A DNA stretch of 64,000 nt, from NCBI GenBank assembly GCA_965202625.1, contig CBDBBI010000010.1, forward strand, positions 1,536,001 through 1,600,000. Direction: 5' to 3'. The notes under the pieces were generated by a model. That model saw only the letters and a list, made by a program, of their open reading frames with translations, did not search any database and had not been told where the DNA came from. The position numbers and the translations under genes are program-made. The stretch comes from a bacterium (GTDB lineage: Bacteria; UBA8248). This document shows positions 54,168-64,000 of the stretch, in pieces. Numbering within the stretch: position 1 is the stretch's first letter; every line of letters begins with the position of its first letter.

Positions 54168-57119
54168 TCACGCCTTCTGGATGCGACACAACAAACTTTT
54201 CAAATTCGTTTGATCCGAGACGGGATCCCGCTGCGCGACGTCCGTGAGAAAGTTGACGGATCGCCAGGGATGATAGGGCTGGCGTTCGCCCCAGCCAATG
54301 GGAATGAACACCGCATCCTCTCTGATGCCCGGGTTCAGCCAGGCCATCGCCTCAATGCAGCCGTGGGCGGTCTCCACCTTGAGCTTTACTCCGTCCTCAA
54401 TTCCCAAATGTTCCGCCTTGCGGGGATGTATCTGGCAATAGAGGTCCGGCCACATCTCCTGGGCTTGCCAGAAATAATGCGTCCAGCTATGAAAGTGGGG
54501 CGCAGGAGGACGGCCCGTCATCAATATCGTGTCAAAACCTTTTTTGCGAAGTTCCTCGCCCAGATTCCCATCGCCGGGCTGAACGATGCGGGCGCTCCGA
54601 GAGCCTGTAGGGGTCTTGCTGAAGGGCGAGATAATTTCCAGATCATCGTCGCCGCGTTCATATTCCAGATGGGGCAATCGCAAAAAGTTTTCCTGATCAG
54701 CGTAAAATTCCGGAAGCGCGGATAGACCCACCCGGGCGAATTTTCGCTCCAGCGCTTCCGTCCAGAACTCAAGCCGCCCGCTCGGCGTGGGGAATCGCTT
54801 GCCTTCGGGTTGACCCGTGGCGGTCGTTCCTTCGAGATAAAGCGTTTCCTGCTCGGGGGCATCCTCGCTTGAGACGGGGAAGCGCACCCAGCGATAGGGC
54901 ACCGAGTGGAGTCTTTTTTGCGTCACGCCTCGCAGAAAATCGTTGTCGATGCACATCTCATCCCAGAACCTTCCCGGCTCCTTGTATTCCTCCTTCATGA
55001 CGTCGCCAAACCCCAGGCGTCTGCCGAGTTCGATCCATATCCATCCGTCCGGCTTCGCCTCTCCCGGCGGGTCGATCATTTTGTCTATCCACACGATTCG
55101 CCTGTCATCGTTCGTGCGGCCCAGCTCTCCTTTTTCAATACCGCCCGCCGCAGGCAACACGTAATCCGCGAACGCGGAGGTTTCGTTGGAAAACAACTCT
55201 ATATGAACGATGAGGTCGAGCGCCTTGAAGGCCGCGCGCGCTTCATCCTGCCCTGGCCATTGCGCCATGGGATTGTTGCATGTGATGAGACCTTTGATGG
55301 GGTATGGCTTTCCCTTCCGCATGGCGTTCAGCCAACCGGTCGGGCTTCTGCGGACCATCGGTTTTTGAATCTGCGCCCTTCTGTTTTCAGGCGCATTGGC
55401 GGCGATGGGCGGGCCCGCCGTCATGTTCACGTAGGCGCCGCCCTTGCGACCCCAATTTCCCGTTATCGCGGCCACAAACATCATCGCCCGGTTGGTTTGC
55501 GCCGAATTGGTGTGCTGGTTGATCCCCCGGCTCGCGAAAATGACGCAACCATCCGCCTGGGCCACGTCCTCGGAAAGCGCACGAATCTCCTCCGCAGACA
55601 CGCCCGTGACGGCTTCGGCCCAATCGGGGGAATATCCCTTGGAGAATATGAATTCGCGCCAACGCTCCCAACCCAACACCCACTCCTCGCAAAAGCGCCG
55701 GTCGTGAGCGCCCGTTGAGAGAATATGGTGCGCCATGGCCAGGCCCAAGGCCATGTCGGTTCCCGGGCGGATGCCCAGCCACTTGTCCGCCTTGCTCGCC
55801 GTCGCGGTATATCTCGGGTCCACCACTACCATCTTGGCCTTGTTCTTGATGCGCCAGTCGTTCACCTTTCCAAAATAAACCGGCCGCGTCTCGGCTTGAT
55901 TGTCCCCGACGTAAAGATACATTTGGGCGCTGCCGATATCTCCAGGCGTATAGCTGTTTCCGTTGCCGTTGACCCCTTGCGTCACCTCGTAGGAGACCAC
56001 CTTTCCCGCCGCGCAAAACGGGTCCGTCCCCTGAAGGTTGGGGGTTCCCCACATCTGGCTGAACAGACGCGCATAGCCTTTTTGCGTGATGAGGCCCGTG
56101 CGGGTTCCCACAAAAAGCGCCAGTGCCTCCGCTCCCCATCGTTCCTTAAGCGTCTTGAGTTTCGCCGCGATCTCATCGAGCGCCTGGTTCCAGCTGATGC
56201 GCTCGAATTCCCCCTCGCCCCGGCGGCCAACGCGCTTGAGAGGATAGAGCAGACGATGTTCGTTGTGGTGCAACTGAAGCGTGAACTGCGCCTTGGGGCA
56301 AAGTTTTCCGTTCAGAACGGGGTCCTCGTCGTTTCCCGTCACGTTGATGAGCCGCTCGCCTTGAAAATGAAATTTCGCGCTGCAGCAGTTAAAACAGAAA
56401 TTACACCCTCCGGGCACCACCCGGTCCGCTTTGAGCGTCTTCTTGTCGCGCAGATAGGGAAAGGAAGGCCCCTTCTCCGCAAATACGGCGCTCGCATCGG
56501 GTGCATCCGCGAAACGGGGCCGAATCAGGTTCCCTGCCGGGCGCCCTCCATCCCCCTCTCCCACGCGGCCATTTGGCCTTTCGATTTTTTCCAGATAGAT
56601 CGTCTGCGGTCCCAGGAGAAAATGATCGTGATCCCGACAGCGCCGCTCCTCTGCGGCCGCTTTTTCAAGAAGCGCATCTCTCTCCCCAAAAGAGATGGCG
56701 AAACCTGGACAAATTTCAGCGCAGGCGGGCTCCCGTCCCTCTTCCCGTCTTTCCGGGCAAAGGTCGCACTTCACTGAATGGTGCCCTTTGGCGTCATAGC
56801 CCATCGCGCTATAGGGGCACGCCATGACGCACTCTCCGCAACCCGTGCAAAGCGCCTCGCGCACTTCCACAATACCGGTATCCGGATGTTTCGTTATCGC
56901 CTTCGGATAAACGGGACAGGCTCTCAGGCAGGCGGGGCGCTCGCAATGCTGGCAGGTAAGCGTCAGGAAATCAGGCGCTCCCGTGGAGGCGTCCCCCAGC
57001 CAAACCACCTTGTTGCGATATGTGCCGGGCCCCAGCCTGTGCTCCTGCTTGCAAGCCGCCTCGCAGCTTTTACAGCCAAAGCATCGCTCCAAATCTATCA
57101 TCAAGGCCAACTGTCCCAA
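54168..57119 (-). CDS. DMSO-reductase-family molybdopterin oxidoreductase with N-terminally fused DmsB/NrfC-like Fe-S domain
   Basis: CFGCKSCEAAC, CQHCERPACLRAC, CTGCGECVMAC, CDLC..CAEIC; then CNFCFNCC..LCPK, RLLYPLKR, VDPR, IRPGTD, ADYVLPAA, C-terminal molydop-binding domain; TTG start inferred. Confidence 0.92.
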   Translation of the reverse strand: MGQLALMIDLERCFGCKSCEAACKQEHRLGPGTYRNKVVWLGDASTGAPDFLTLTCQHCERPACLRACPVYPKAITKHPDTGIVEVREALCTGCGECVMACPYSAMGYDAKGHHSVKCDLCPERREEGREPACAEICPGFAISFGERDALLEKAAAEERRCRDHDHFLLGPQTIYLEKIERPNGRVGEGDGGRPAGNLIRPRFADAPDASAVFAEKGPSFPYLRDKKTLKADRVVPGGCNFCFNCCSAKFHFQGERLINVTGNDEDPVLNGKLCPKAQFTLQLHHNEHRLLYPLKRVGRRGEGEFERISWNQALDEIAAKLKTLKERWGAEALALFVGTRTGLITQKGYARLFSQMWGTPNLQGTDPFCAAGKVVSYEVTQGVNGNGNSYTPGDIGSAQMYLYVGDNQAETRPVYFGKVNDWRIKNKAKMVVVDPRYTATASKADKWLGIRPGTDMALGLAMAHHILSTGAHDRRFCEEWVLGWERWREFIFSKGYSPDWAEAVTGVSAEEIRALSEDVAQADGCVIFASRGINQHTNSAQTNRAMMFVAAITGNWGRKGGAYVNMTAGPPIAANAPENRRAQIQKPMVRRSPTGWLNAMRKGKPYPIKGLITCNNPMAQWPGQDEARAAFKALDLIVHIELFSNETSAFADYVLPAAGGIEKGELGRTNDDRRIVWIDKMIDPPGEAKPDGWIWIELGRRLGFGDVMKEEYKEPGRFWDEMCIDNDFLRGVTQKRLHSVPYRWVRFPVSSEDAPEQETLYLEGTTATGQPEGKRFPTPSGRLEFWTEALERKFARVGLSALPEFYADQENFLRLPHLEYERGDDDLEIISPFSKTPTGSRSARIVQPGDGNLGEELRKKGFDTILMTGRPPAPHFHSWTHYFWQAQEMWPDLYCQIHPRKAEHLGIEDGVKLKVETAHGCIEAMAWLNPGIREDAVFIPIGWGERQPYHPWRSVNFLTDVAQRDPVSDQTNLKSLLCRIQKA

Positions 57120-57147
57120 GACTCGCCCCTTCAACGCGCGCGAACCA

Positions 57148-57918
57148 TCACCTTGCCAGATGCCACCAATATATCTCTCCCCCGCCAGAAACATAGTCCG
57201 CGAAAAAGGTGACGGTGATCACGTGCCCCAGCATACCGAGGAGGAAGAAAAACGCCAAAAAGACGTGCGCCAAACGCCAATACGCCTGTGCCGGAGATGC
57301 GTGAGCGCGCATCCCCAACAATTTATTCTCCCGACCAGCCAGCCGGGCGTAAGCGAACGTAAGGCGGGGACTGGACAGCCAATGCGTGAGTCGGGGCGAA
57401 AAAACGCCCTCACTCGCCCCTGGATCAAGTTGAGTCAAAAGGGATTTCTTCTTCTCGATGAGCCGGGCCATGCACTCTCGGTCATCCGCGCTCAAGGGAG
57501 CAAACGACTCGTGCCTTGAAGCAAACGTGGCCGACATTTGCCTGGAGGCGCGCACGCGCGCCCACACGCCCAGAAGCATCAAAAACAGCAGCGCAACGAG
57601 CAACAGCCCCGGCGCATAGCGCAGGAGTCCGCCGGAGTGAATCGTCGCCAGCACGCCGCCCAAGGTGGCCGTCACCACGTGGGCGGAAAACCAGCCGAGC
57701 GGGGAACCGCCCAGACCCGTTCGCTTCGCGATCACAAAAACCGCGGAAACGCACAAAAGAACGGCGCCGGCGACGCCGAAGAGATACAGCGTCGGAGAAC
57801 CCGGCAGATGCCATTCGAGCGATAGTCTATGTCGAAACGCGAAAAAGGTGACGAGAACGACCGCCGCCATGAAAAGGAGATAGGCAAGCAGCCTGTCGCC
57901 GACGTCAAACCGTCTCAT
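57148..57918 (-). CDS. Membrane protein with two H-x13-H pairs (cytochrome b/ferric-reductase-like)
   Basis: About 5 TM helices; AHVVTATLGGVLATIH and AHVFLAFFFLLGMLGH. Confidence 0.75.
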   Translation of the reverse strand: MRRFDVGDRLLAYLLFMAAVVLVTFFAFRHRLSLEWHLPGSPTLYLFGVAGAVLLCVSAVFVIAKRTGLGGSPLGWFSAHVVTATLGGVLATIHSGGLLRYAPGLLLVALLFLMLLGVWARVRASRQMSATFASRHESFAPLSADDRECMARLIEKKKSLLTQLDPGASEGVFSPRLTHWLSSPRLTFAYARLAGRENKLLGMRAHASPAQAYWRLAHVFLAFFFLLGMLGHVITVTFFADYVSGGGEIYWWHLAR

Positions 57919-57923
57919 GGAGA

Positions 57924-58403
57924 TCAGGAAAATTCGATTTTGACGACATCCACGATTTCAAAGTTCCTCACGCCGCCCGGCAGTTTAACCGCCACTGCAT
58001 CGCCAGGCTCCTTTTGCATGATTCCGCGCGAGAGGGGCGCGCCGAAAGATATGATTCCATTCGGGAGGTCGCTCTCCTCCTCGCCCAGTATCTTGTAGAT
58101 GATCTCCTCCTCCTTATCCAAATCGAAGAGGGTAACCTGGGTGCCGATGGTGACCCTCTCGCCGGAGATGGGGAGCTCCTCTATCAGGCTCGCCTCCCGA
58201 ATCTTGTCCATGATCCGGCTCACTTCATTCTTCAGGTTGCCCTGCAACTCAATGGCCGCCTCCCACTCGGCGTTCTCGCTCAAATCCCCCAAACTCGCCG
58301 CCTTGCCGATTTCCTTCGCCACCTCATGCTTGAGACGACGCTGAATTCCCTCCACCCTCTGCCTCAATCCCTCAAGACTCGCCTTGGTGATGTAATACGG
58401 CAT
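57924..58403 (-). CDS. greA: Transcription elongation factor GreA/GreB family
   Basis: GDLSENAEW, ILGEEESD, ISFGAPL. Confidence 0.9.
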   Translation of the reverse strand: MPYYITKASLEGLRQRVEGIQRRLKHEVAKEIGKAASLGDLSENAEWEAAIELQGNLKNEVSRIMDKIREASLIEELPISGERVTIGTQVTLFDLDKEEEIIYKILGEEESDLPNGIISFGAPLSRGIMQKEPGDAVAVKLPGGVRNFEIVDVVKIEFS

Positions 58404-58444
58404 CTCGTCCCATCCCGCGATGTGAAATTATTCCAAAATGCGCC

Positions 58445-59359
58445 TCATGCGCTTTGAGGCGCTTTGCCCAACTGCTCCCGAAAGTCATACCCCGTCTCTT
58501 CGACAAACGCCTCAATCAAGCGTTTCGTTATGGGCCCCGGAACCGGCGCGCTCGGCTTGAAGCTGTCAATCTGACGCACCGGCATCGCGCATATCGCGCT
58601 TGAGGTGATGAAATACTCATCCGCCTGGGCCAAGTCGTATGTCGTGATTCCTTTCTCCTGAAGCGGAATTTCCAGGCGCTTGGCCAACTCGAACACCGCC
58701 AAGCGAGTCACGCCCTGCAATATGTTATCCTCAGGCGGCGTCCAGAGCACCCCGTCTCGCACCATGAAAAAATTGGCGACCGCGTTTTCCGCCACACGGC
58801 CATGAACGTCGAGCATCAAAGATAAAGAACCCGACGCCGCAGCGTCCAGCTCCGCTAAAATCTGATTCATTTTGCTCGTCACCTTCGCCCTCGTCTCCAC
58901 GCACTCCGGAGGGTTGCGCCTCGTGGGCGTTATCGCCAGGCGCACGCCGCTCAAATAACGCTCCGCAAAAGAGGCGACGTCCACCGGCCGCCAGAATATG
59001 AACACGGAAGCAGGCCCCGCCGCGCGCGCCGTCATGGAAGGATCGTCGATACCGCGCGTCACCCAATGGCCGACGCGGTACATAGCGCCCTCCTCGAGAC
59101 GACGCGCATTCGCTTCCAAAACAGCCAACGTGGCCCGCTTCATCTCTTCCTTGCTGAGACCAGCCTTGATGCGAACGTATTTGAGAGAGCGGTAGAGACG
59201 ATCAAGATGATCGTCGAGCCGATACAGCTTGCCCGAGAAGCAAGGGGTGACTTCATACACCCCGTCCCCCCAGAGGAAACCCCGATCAAACGGCGATATT
59301 CTCGCATTCTTCTCCTCCAGAATATCGCCGTTGAGATATACGAAACGCTCACCTGGCAT
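58445..59359 (-). CDS. Aminotransferase class IV (BCAT/D-amino acid aminotransferase-like)
   Basis: ISPFDRGFLWGDGVYE, HLDRL, AE..ANFF, LQGVTR. Confidence 0.9.
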   Translation of the reverse strand: MPGERFVYLNGDILEEKNARISPFDRGFLWGDGVYEVTPCFSGKLYRLDDHLDRLYRSLKYVRIKAGLSKEEMKRATLAVLEANARRLEEGAMYRVGHWVTRGIDDPSMTARAAGPASVFIFWRPVDVASFAERYLSGVRLAITPTRRNPPECVETRAKVTSKMNQILAELDAAASGSLSLMLDVHGRVAENAVANFFMVRDGVLWTPPEDNILQGVTRLAVFELAKRLEIPLQEKGITTYDLAQADEYFITSSAICAMPVRQIDSFKPSAPVPGPITKRLIEAFVEETGYDFREQLGKAPQSA

Positions 59360-59583
59360 CCGGTATTTCCCCCATCCGCATTCGCAAAGAAAGGCCCGCG
59401 CGAAACCAAGGGCACCGCCGCATGAGAAAATGAAATATCGCCTTGTGCCCACGCATCTTACAAAGAAAAAGCAGAAGGAAAAACCCGCCCCTTCCCAGGT
59501 TCCGCCCCACGCATACGCTCAAGCGCGAATTTTCTTCTTTTGACGCCCTGGTCGCGTCCAAAATCCTTCCGTGAGGGGGGTGA

Positions 59584-61176
59584 TCATTCCTTCCTTCCCC
59601 AACCTCCGCCGCCGGGCGTTTCAAGACGTATCCTGTCTCCGCGCTTTGCCGAGAAGCGCGCCTTGCCCGGAAAACGCCGACTTTTGCCTCCATTGATGAA
59701 AAAATTTCTGCCCTTCATGCCCGGCTCCCCGCCCCTCAGGGGCCAAGGCGGCATCTCGCGTCTCTCCGTCATGAACGAGACGGTGGCGTCGCCAAGCAGT
59801 TCAATCTCCCGAACGATGCCGTCGCCGCCTCGGTGCATTCCCCCGCCGCCGCTGCCTCTGCGAACGGCGTATCGGCTCACCCGAAACGGATAGGCGTGTT
59901 CCAGTGCCTCAATCGGCGTGTTCAGGGTGTTGGTCAAGTGGGTATGAATCGCATCTTCCCCCGCACCCCACGGCCCCCCGCCCATACCGCCGCCTGTGGT
60001 TTCATAATAGGCGTATGAGCGGCCCTGCCTGGGCCCGGGGCGATGGTCCACCCCTCCCACCGTGAGGTTGTTCATCGTGCCGCAAGAGGCGGCGGGTATC
60101 TTGTCGGGACACGCTTTCGAGAGAGCGCCAAGCATAACGTCCACCATTCTCTGGCTCGTCTCCACGTTTCCGCCCGCAACAGCCACGGGAAATTCCGCGT
60201 TCACTATCGTTCCCCTCGGCGCGCTCACCTCGATGGGGGTCATGCAGCCTGAATTGTTCGGAATATCGTGCGGGACCAAACAACGCACCGCGTAGTAGGC
60301 CGCAGTGCGGGCGATGGACTCCACCGCATTGACGCTGCCTTGCGTTTGCGGAGCGGAACCAGCGTAATCGACGCGCATTCTGGCACCGCGTATGGTGATC
60401 TCCACCCGTATCGGAACAAGGCCGCTGCCGAAGCCATCATCGTCCATGAAATCCTCGAAACAATACCGCCCATCGGGGATCTCCTGAATCACCGCTTTCA
60501 TCAGACGCTCGGCATACTTTTGGAGCTCTGCTGTGTAGCGCAGCGTCTGTGCCAAGCCGTGCTGCTCGACGATCTCCAGAATTCTTCGCTCCCCCACGCG
60601 GTTGGCCGCGATTTGCGCGGCGATATCGCCTTTGCGCTCCTCGGCCGTGCGCACGTTGGCAAGTATGAGGGACAGCACGTCTTCCTGCATCTCTCCCCGG
60701 CACACGAGCCTCACCGGCGGAATCACCACGCCGTCCTGAAATATCTCCGTCGTAATGCTCATCGAGCCGGGCGCGATGCCGCCCACGTCCGCATGATGCG
60801 CCCGGTTGGCGACGTAGTAAATCAGCCGGCCCTCTCTTTTCTCTCCGGCGTATACCGGCGAGATCATCGTGATATCCGGCAGGTGGTTTCCCCCACGGAA
60901 GGGGTCGTTCAGCACCACCACGTCGCCCGGCGCGAGCGTCATTCGCTCAATGACGTATTCCACGGACATCGGCATGGAACCCAGATGCGCGGGCAAGTGC
61001 GCCGCCTGGGCCGCCATCTGGCCCTTGGCGTCAAAGATGGCGCACGAGTAATCTTTCCTCTCCTTGATGTTGGGAGAAAAGGAGGAGCGGCAGAGCGCCA
61101 CGCCCATCTCCTCCGAGGCTGAGAACAACAGGTTCCGAAAAACCTCCAGGAGTATGGGATCGTATGTAGCGGCCAT
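59584..61176 (-). CDS. Hydantoinase B/oxoprolinase family subunit
   Basis: EEMG..SPNIKERKDYS, NDPFRGGNHLPD, HHADVGG, GTMNN, TPGGGGWG. Confidence 0.93.
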   Translation of the reverse strand: MAATYDPILLEVFRNLLFSASEEMGVALCRSSFSPNIKERKDYSCAIFDAKGQMAAQAAHLPAHLGSMPMSVEYVIERMTLAPGDVVVLNDPFRGGNHLPDITMISPVYAGEKREGRLIYYVANRAHHADVGGIAPGSMSITTEIFQDGVVIPPVRLVCRGEMQEDVLSLILANVRTAEERKGDIAAQIAANRVGERRILEIVEQHGLAQTLRYTAELQKYAERLMKAVIQEIPDGRYCFEDFMDDDGFGSGLVPIRVEITIRGARMRVDYAGSAPQTQGSVNAVESIARTAAYYAVRCLVPHDIPNNSGCMTPIEVSAPRGTIVNAEFPVAVAGGNVETSQRMVDVMLGALSKACPDKIPAASCGTMNNLTVGGVDHRPGPRQGRSYAYYETTGGGMGGGPWGAGEDAIHTHLTNTLNTPIEALEHAYPFRVSRYAVRRGSGGGGMHRGGDGIVREIELLGDATVSFMTERREMPPWPLRGGEPGMKGRNFFINGGKSRRFPGKARFSAKRGDRIRLETPGGGGWGRKE

Positions 61177-61185
61177 AGCGCGCTC

Positions 61186-63204
61186 TCAGCCCGCGTTTCT
61201 CAATATCAGATTGCCCCAATCATCCACCCGGCACTCCCAGCCCGGCGAAACGACCGTCGTCGCGCTGAACTCACACGCCAGCGCCGGGCCCCTGAAACGA
61301 TTTCCAGGAAAAAGCATGTCCCGCGCATATACCGAACCATCCACTTCGCTTCCGTCAAAGACCATCTTTTGCGTTCCTGTCAGCGCGTGAGAAACGCTTT
61401 TTCGCCTTTTGGGGAGTCGTCTCATGGGCAAGTGCTCCACCTCCCCGACGGCCCGCATCCTGATGGTCACGATCTCGACGGGGTTTTCCGGGCTTGAGGT
61501 GCCGAATCGCTCATCGTGCAATTCGTCAAAGGCGTCTTTCAGGCTCTTGCGCACGTCCGCGCCCGCCTTGGGTTGGTAGGGAAGCGTTAATTCATACGAT
61601 TGTCCAAGATAGCGCATGTCGATGAAGAACGAGAAGACGGGACGGGGGAAACCCTCGAACCTCAAATCATCCCGCCCCCTCTTCAACAAGGGAGAAAAAT
61701 GCCGCGCCAGAGATTTTCTGCTCACGCCCTCAAGCGGCGAAAGCACCGTCCTCGCATAATCTTTCACCACGTCCGCAGTCAACATTCCCCGCGCGGAGAG
61801 AATCCCCGGATCATTGGGAACGACGACAGAAGGAATCCTGAGTATCTCCGCCAAAGCGCAGGCGTGCATCGCCCCCGCTCCCCCAAAGGAGAGCAGGGCG
61901 AATTTTCGTGGATCGTGTCCGCGCTCCACGCTGATCAGACGAATCGCGCGCGCCATGTGCTGGTTGGCGACGCGAACGACGCCTTCCGCCGCTTGTCGCG
62001 CATCGAGCCGCAAGGATTTCGCCAAACGCGCGACTCCGGCGCTCACCGACTTCAGGTCGAGACGCATTCCGCCGCCCAGAAATCGTTCGGGATCGAGGCG
62101 GCCAAGAAACAGGTTGGCGTCGGTGACGGTGAGCTGGCTGCCCTTGCCGTAGCACATGGGTCCGGGATCAGCCCCCGCGCTCTGCGGGCCAACCGCCAAA
62201 GCGCCGCCCGGATCGACCCGGGCGATGGACCCGCCTCCGGCGCCCACCGTGTGAATGTCGATGAGGGGAACCTGTATCGGACAACCTGCCACTTCGGTCT
62301 CCGAAGTGAAGCCAATGCCGGCGCGCAGCAAAGATACGTCCGAACTCGTTCCGCCCATGTCAAACGCAATCGCATCGTCAAATCCCGCCTTTCTCGCCAC
62401 CTCGCAGGCTCCCACGACGCCGCCTGCGGGGCCGGACAAAATCGTCCGAATCGCCTCCTCGCCCGCCGTCTTGCTTGAGATGACGCCGCCGTTGCTCTGC
62501 ATGACCCGCAAACGCCCAGAACCGACGCATGACGCCAAATCCTTCAAATACCTGCTCATCATCGGAGATACGTAGGCGTTCACGCACGTGGTGCTCATCC
62601 GCTCATACTCTCTGAACTCGGGAAGCACCTGGCTGGACGTCGACACGTGAATGCCGCTTTGCCGAATGGCGTCCGCCACTTCTTCTTCATGGGCAGGATT
62701 CGCGTAAGAGTGCAGCAGACAGACGGCGACGGACTCGACGCCCGCTTTTTGGAGCTTTCGCCTGAGCGCTCCCAAGGATGAACGCTTCAGGGGGAGTATC
62801 TCGCCGCCCTTTTCATCCAAGCGCTCCGCCACGCCCATCCGGAGATTTCTCGGCACGAGCGCCGGGGGCCTGCGATAAGCCAGATTGTAGAGTTCTTTTC
62901 TGTTTTGGCGACCGATTTCGATCACGTCCTCAAAGCCGGCCGTCGTCACCAGTGCGGTTTTCGCGCCCCGGCGGGTGAGCAGGGCGTTCGTGGCCACGGT
63001 GGAGCCGTGCGTGATGTCCAGGGCGAGGCCCCTGCCCTCGAGAATCTCATCCAACCCCTGGAGGATGGCGCGCTCAGGCGCATCAGGCGTGGAGGATACC
63101 TTGTGAACGCGCACCTGCGCGCCGTCAAACGAGATAAAATCCGTAAAAGTTCCTCCCGTGTCGACGCCGACTCTGAGCGTTTTCGCATCCTGTGCAGACA
63201 TCAC
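61186..63204 (-). CDS. Hydantoinase A/oxoprolinase family subunit
   Basis: GVDTGGTFTD, HGSTVATN, SGPAGG, DMGGTS, GAGGGS, FGGAG. Confidence 0.93.
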   Translation of the reverse strand: MMSAQDAKTLRVGVDTGGTFTDFISFDGAQVRVHKVSSTPDAPERAILQGLDEILEGRGLALDITHGSTVATNALLTRRGAKTALVTTAGFEDVIEIGRQNRKELYNLAYRRPPALVPRNLRMGVAERLDEKGGEILPLKRSSLGALRRKLQKAGVESVAVCLLHSYANPAHEEEVADAIRQSGIHVSTSSQVLPEFREYERMSTTCVNAYVSPMMSRYLKDLASCVGSGRLRVMQSNGGVISSKTAGEEAIRTILSGPAGGVVGACEVARKAGFDDAIAFDMGGTSSDVSLLRAGIGFTSETEVAGCPIQVPLIDIHTVGAGGGSIARVDPGGALAVGPQSAGADPGPMCYGKGSQLTVTDANLFLGRLDPERFLGGGMRLDLKSVSAGVARLAKSLRLDARQAAEGVVRVANQHMARAIRLISVERGHDPRKFALLSFGGAGAMHACALAEILRIPSVVVPNDPGILSARGMLTADVVKDYARTVLSPLEGVSRKSLARHFSPLLKRGRDDLRFEGFPRPVFSFFIDMRYLGQSYELTLPYQPKAGADVRKSLKDAFDELHDERFGTSSPENPVEIVTIRMRAVGEVEHLPMRRLPKRRKSVSHALTGTQKMVFDGSEVDGSVYARDMLFPGNRFRGPALACEFSATTVVSPGWECRVDDWGNLILRNAG

Positions 63205-64000
63205 CTCCTCCTGTGAGACCAGGCTTCGGGATTCAGCAAATCAGGGGGACGTTTGCCAAGCAAACACGCCTTCACGTTTTTCACCACCCGCTCTGAGATC
63301 GCCTTTCGGCCCAGATCGGTGTTCGTCCCCAGATGCGGCAGCATGACGACGTTCTCCATGCGCAGCAGCCTTGGATGCGGCTTGGGCTCATGCGCAAACA
63401 CGTCCAGCCCCGCTCCGCCGATATGGCCCGAGGCCAGCGCCTCGACCAGGGCTTCCTCATCCAAAACGGCTCCCCGGGCCGTGTTGATTATCACGGCGCC
63501 CTTCTTCATGCGAGCGAACTCCTCCGCCCCCATGCGGTGGCGCGTGCGGTCGTTCAAGGCCAGATGCACGCTCAGGAAATCCGCCTCTCGCAGAAGCCCG
63601 TGAAAGGAGCGGTAGGAGGCGCCGACCTCCTTTTCGACTTCTCGACTTTTTCTGTTTCGACTCCAGTATCGCACCTTCATGCCAAACGAGCCCGCCATGC
63701 GCGCCACGGCACAGCCGATGCGTCCGAGACCGATGACGCCCAAAACCCTGCCGTTCAAACCCAGACCCTCGAACAGCGTGGGCGTCCAACCTTTCCACTT
63801 CCCCGATCTTACGTATACATCCGCCTCCACGACGCGCCTGCTCACCGCAAGCAGGAGCGCCATGGCGCATTCCGCAGTGGGGGCCGTGACCACGCCAGGG
63901 GTGTTGGTGACCAGGACGCCGCGCGCCGCGGCCGCCGCCACGTCGATGTTGTTGAACCCGACTCCGCAGTTGGCGATCAGTTTCAGGCGAGGCGCCGCAT
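63201..64000 (-). CDS. D-2-hydroxyacid dehydrogenase (glyoxylate reductase-like), 5'-truncated by the window edge
   Basis: GVGFNNID, VTNTPGV, GLGRIG, INTARG, GLDVF, PHLG. Confidence 0.92.
   Translation of the reverse strand, partial: AAPRLKLIANCGVGFNNIDVAAAAARGVLVTNTPGVVTAPTAECAMALLLAVSRRVVEADVYVRSGKWKGWTPTLFEGLGLNGRVLGVIGLGRIGCAVARMAGSFGMKVRYWSRNRKSREVEKEVGASYRSFHGLLREADFLSVHLALNDRTRHRMGAEEFARMKKGAVIINTARGAVLDEEALVEALASGHIGGAGLDVFAHEPKPHPRLLRMENVVMLPHLGTNTDLGRKAISERVVKNVKACLLGKRPPDLLNPEAWSHRRR

Noticed and set aside
54168-57119. Assignment as acetylene hydratase, formate dehydrogenase or periplasmic DMSO reductase
   Set aside because: Lacks the acetylene hydratase Asp next to the cluster Cys, lacks the FDH C/U-H motif and has no Tat signal

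Overview
GC-rich bacterial chromosome segment with about 55 genes and no integrase, transposase, CRISPR array or rRNA. It is mostly housekeeping and catabolic. Contents: LysR-gltBD, metF, sodA-peroxiredoxin, tRNA-Thr/tRNA-Lys, an acyl-CoA catabolic cluster with four MaoC/hot-dog genes, fumC, acnA, rlmN, nth, the folD-xseA-xseB-ispA-dxs-tlyA block, cysE-iscS-iscU, greA and hydantoinase/oxoprolinase A/B. Defence-type cassettes are interspersed: a Fic protein, a compact MTase + putative nuclease pair, and an HsdR_N-MTase/HsdS system interrupted by a DUF4145 gene that carries a recombination scar. The best candidates for something undescribed are (i) a two-gene molybdoenzyme module, in which a 16-Cys Fe-S subunit is fused in front of the Mo-bisPGD catalytic domain and paired with a double H-x13-H cytochrome-b-like membrane protein; (ii) the small MTase/nuclease pair; (iii) the DUF4145 gene embedded in the RM locus; and (iv) an orphan gene resembling a phage tail fibre. 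All calls come from motif recognition by eye; no database searches were run, and several start codons were adjusted using RBS or overlap evidence.
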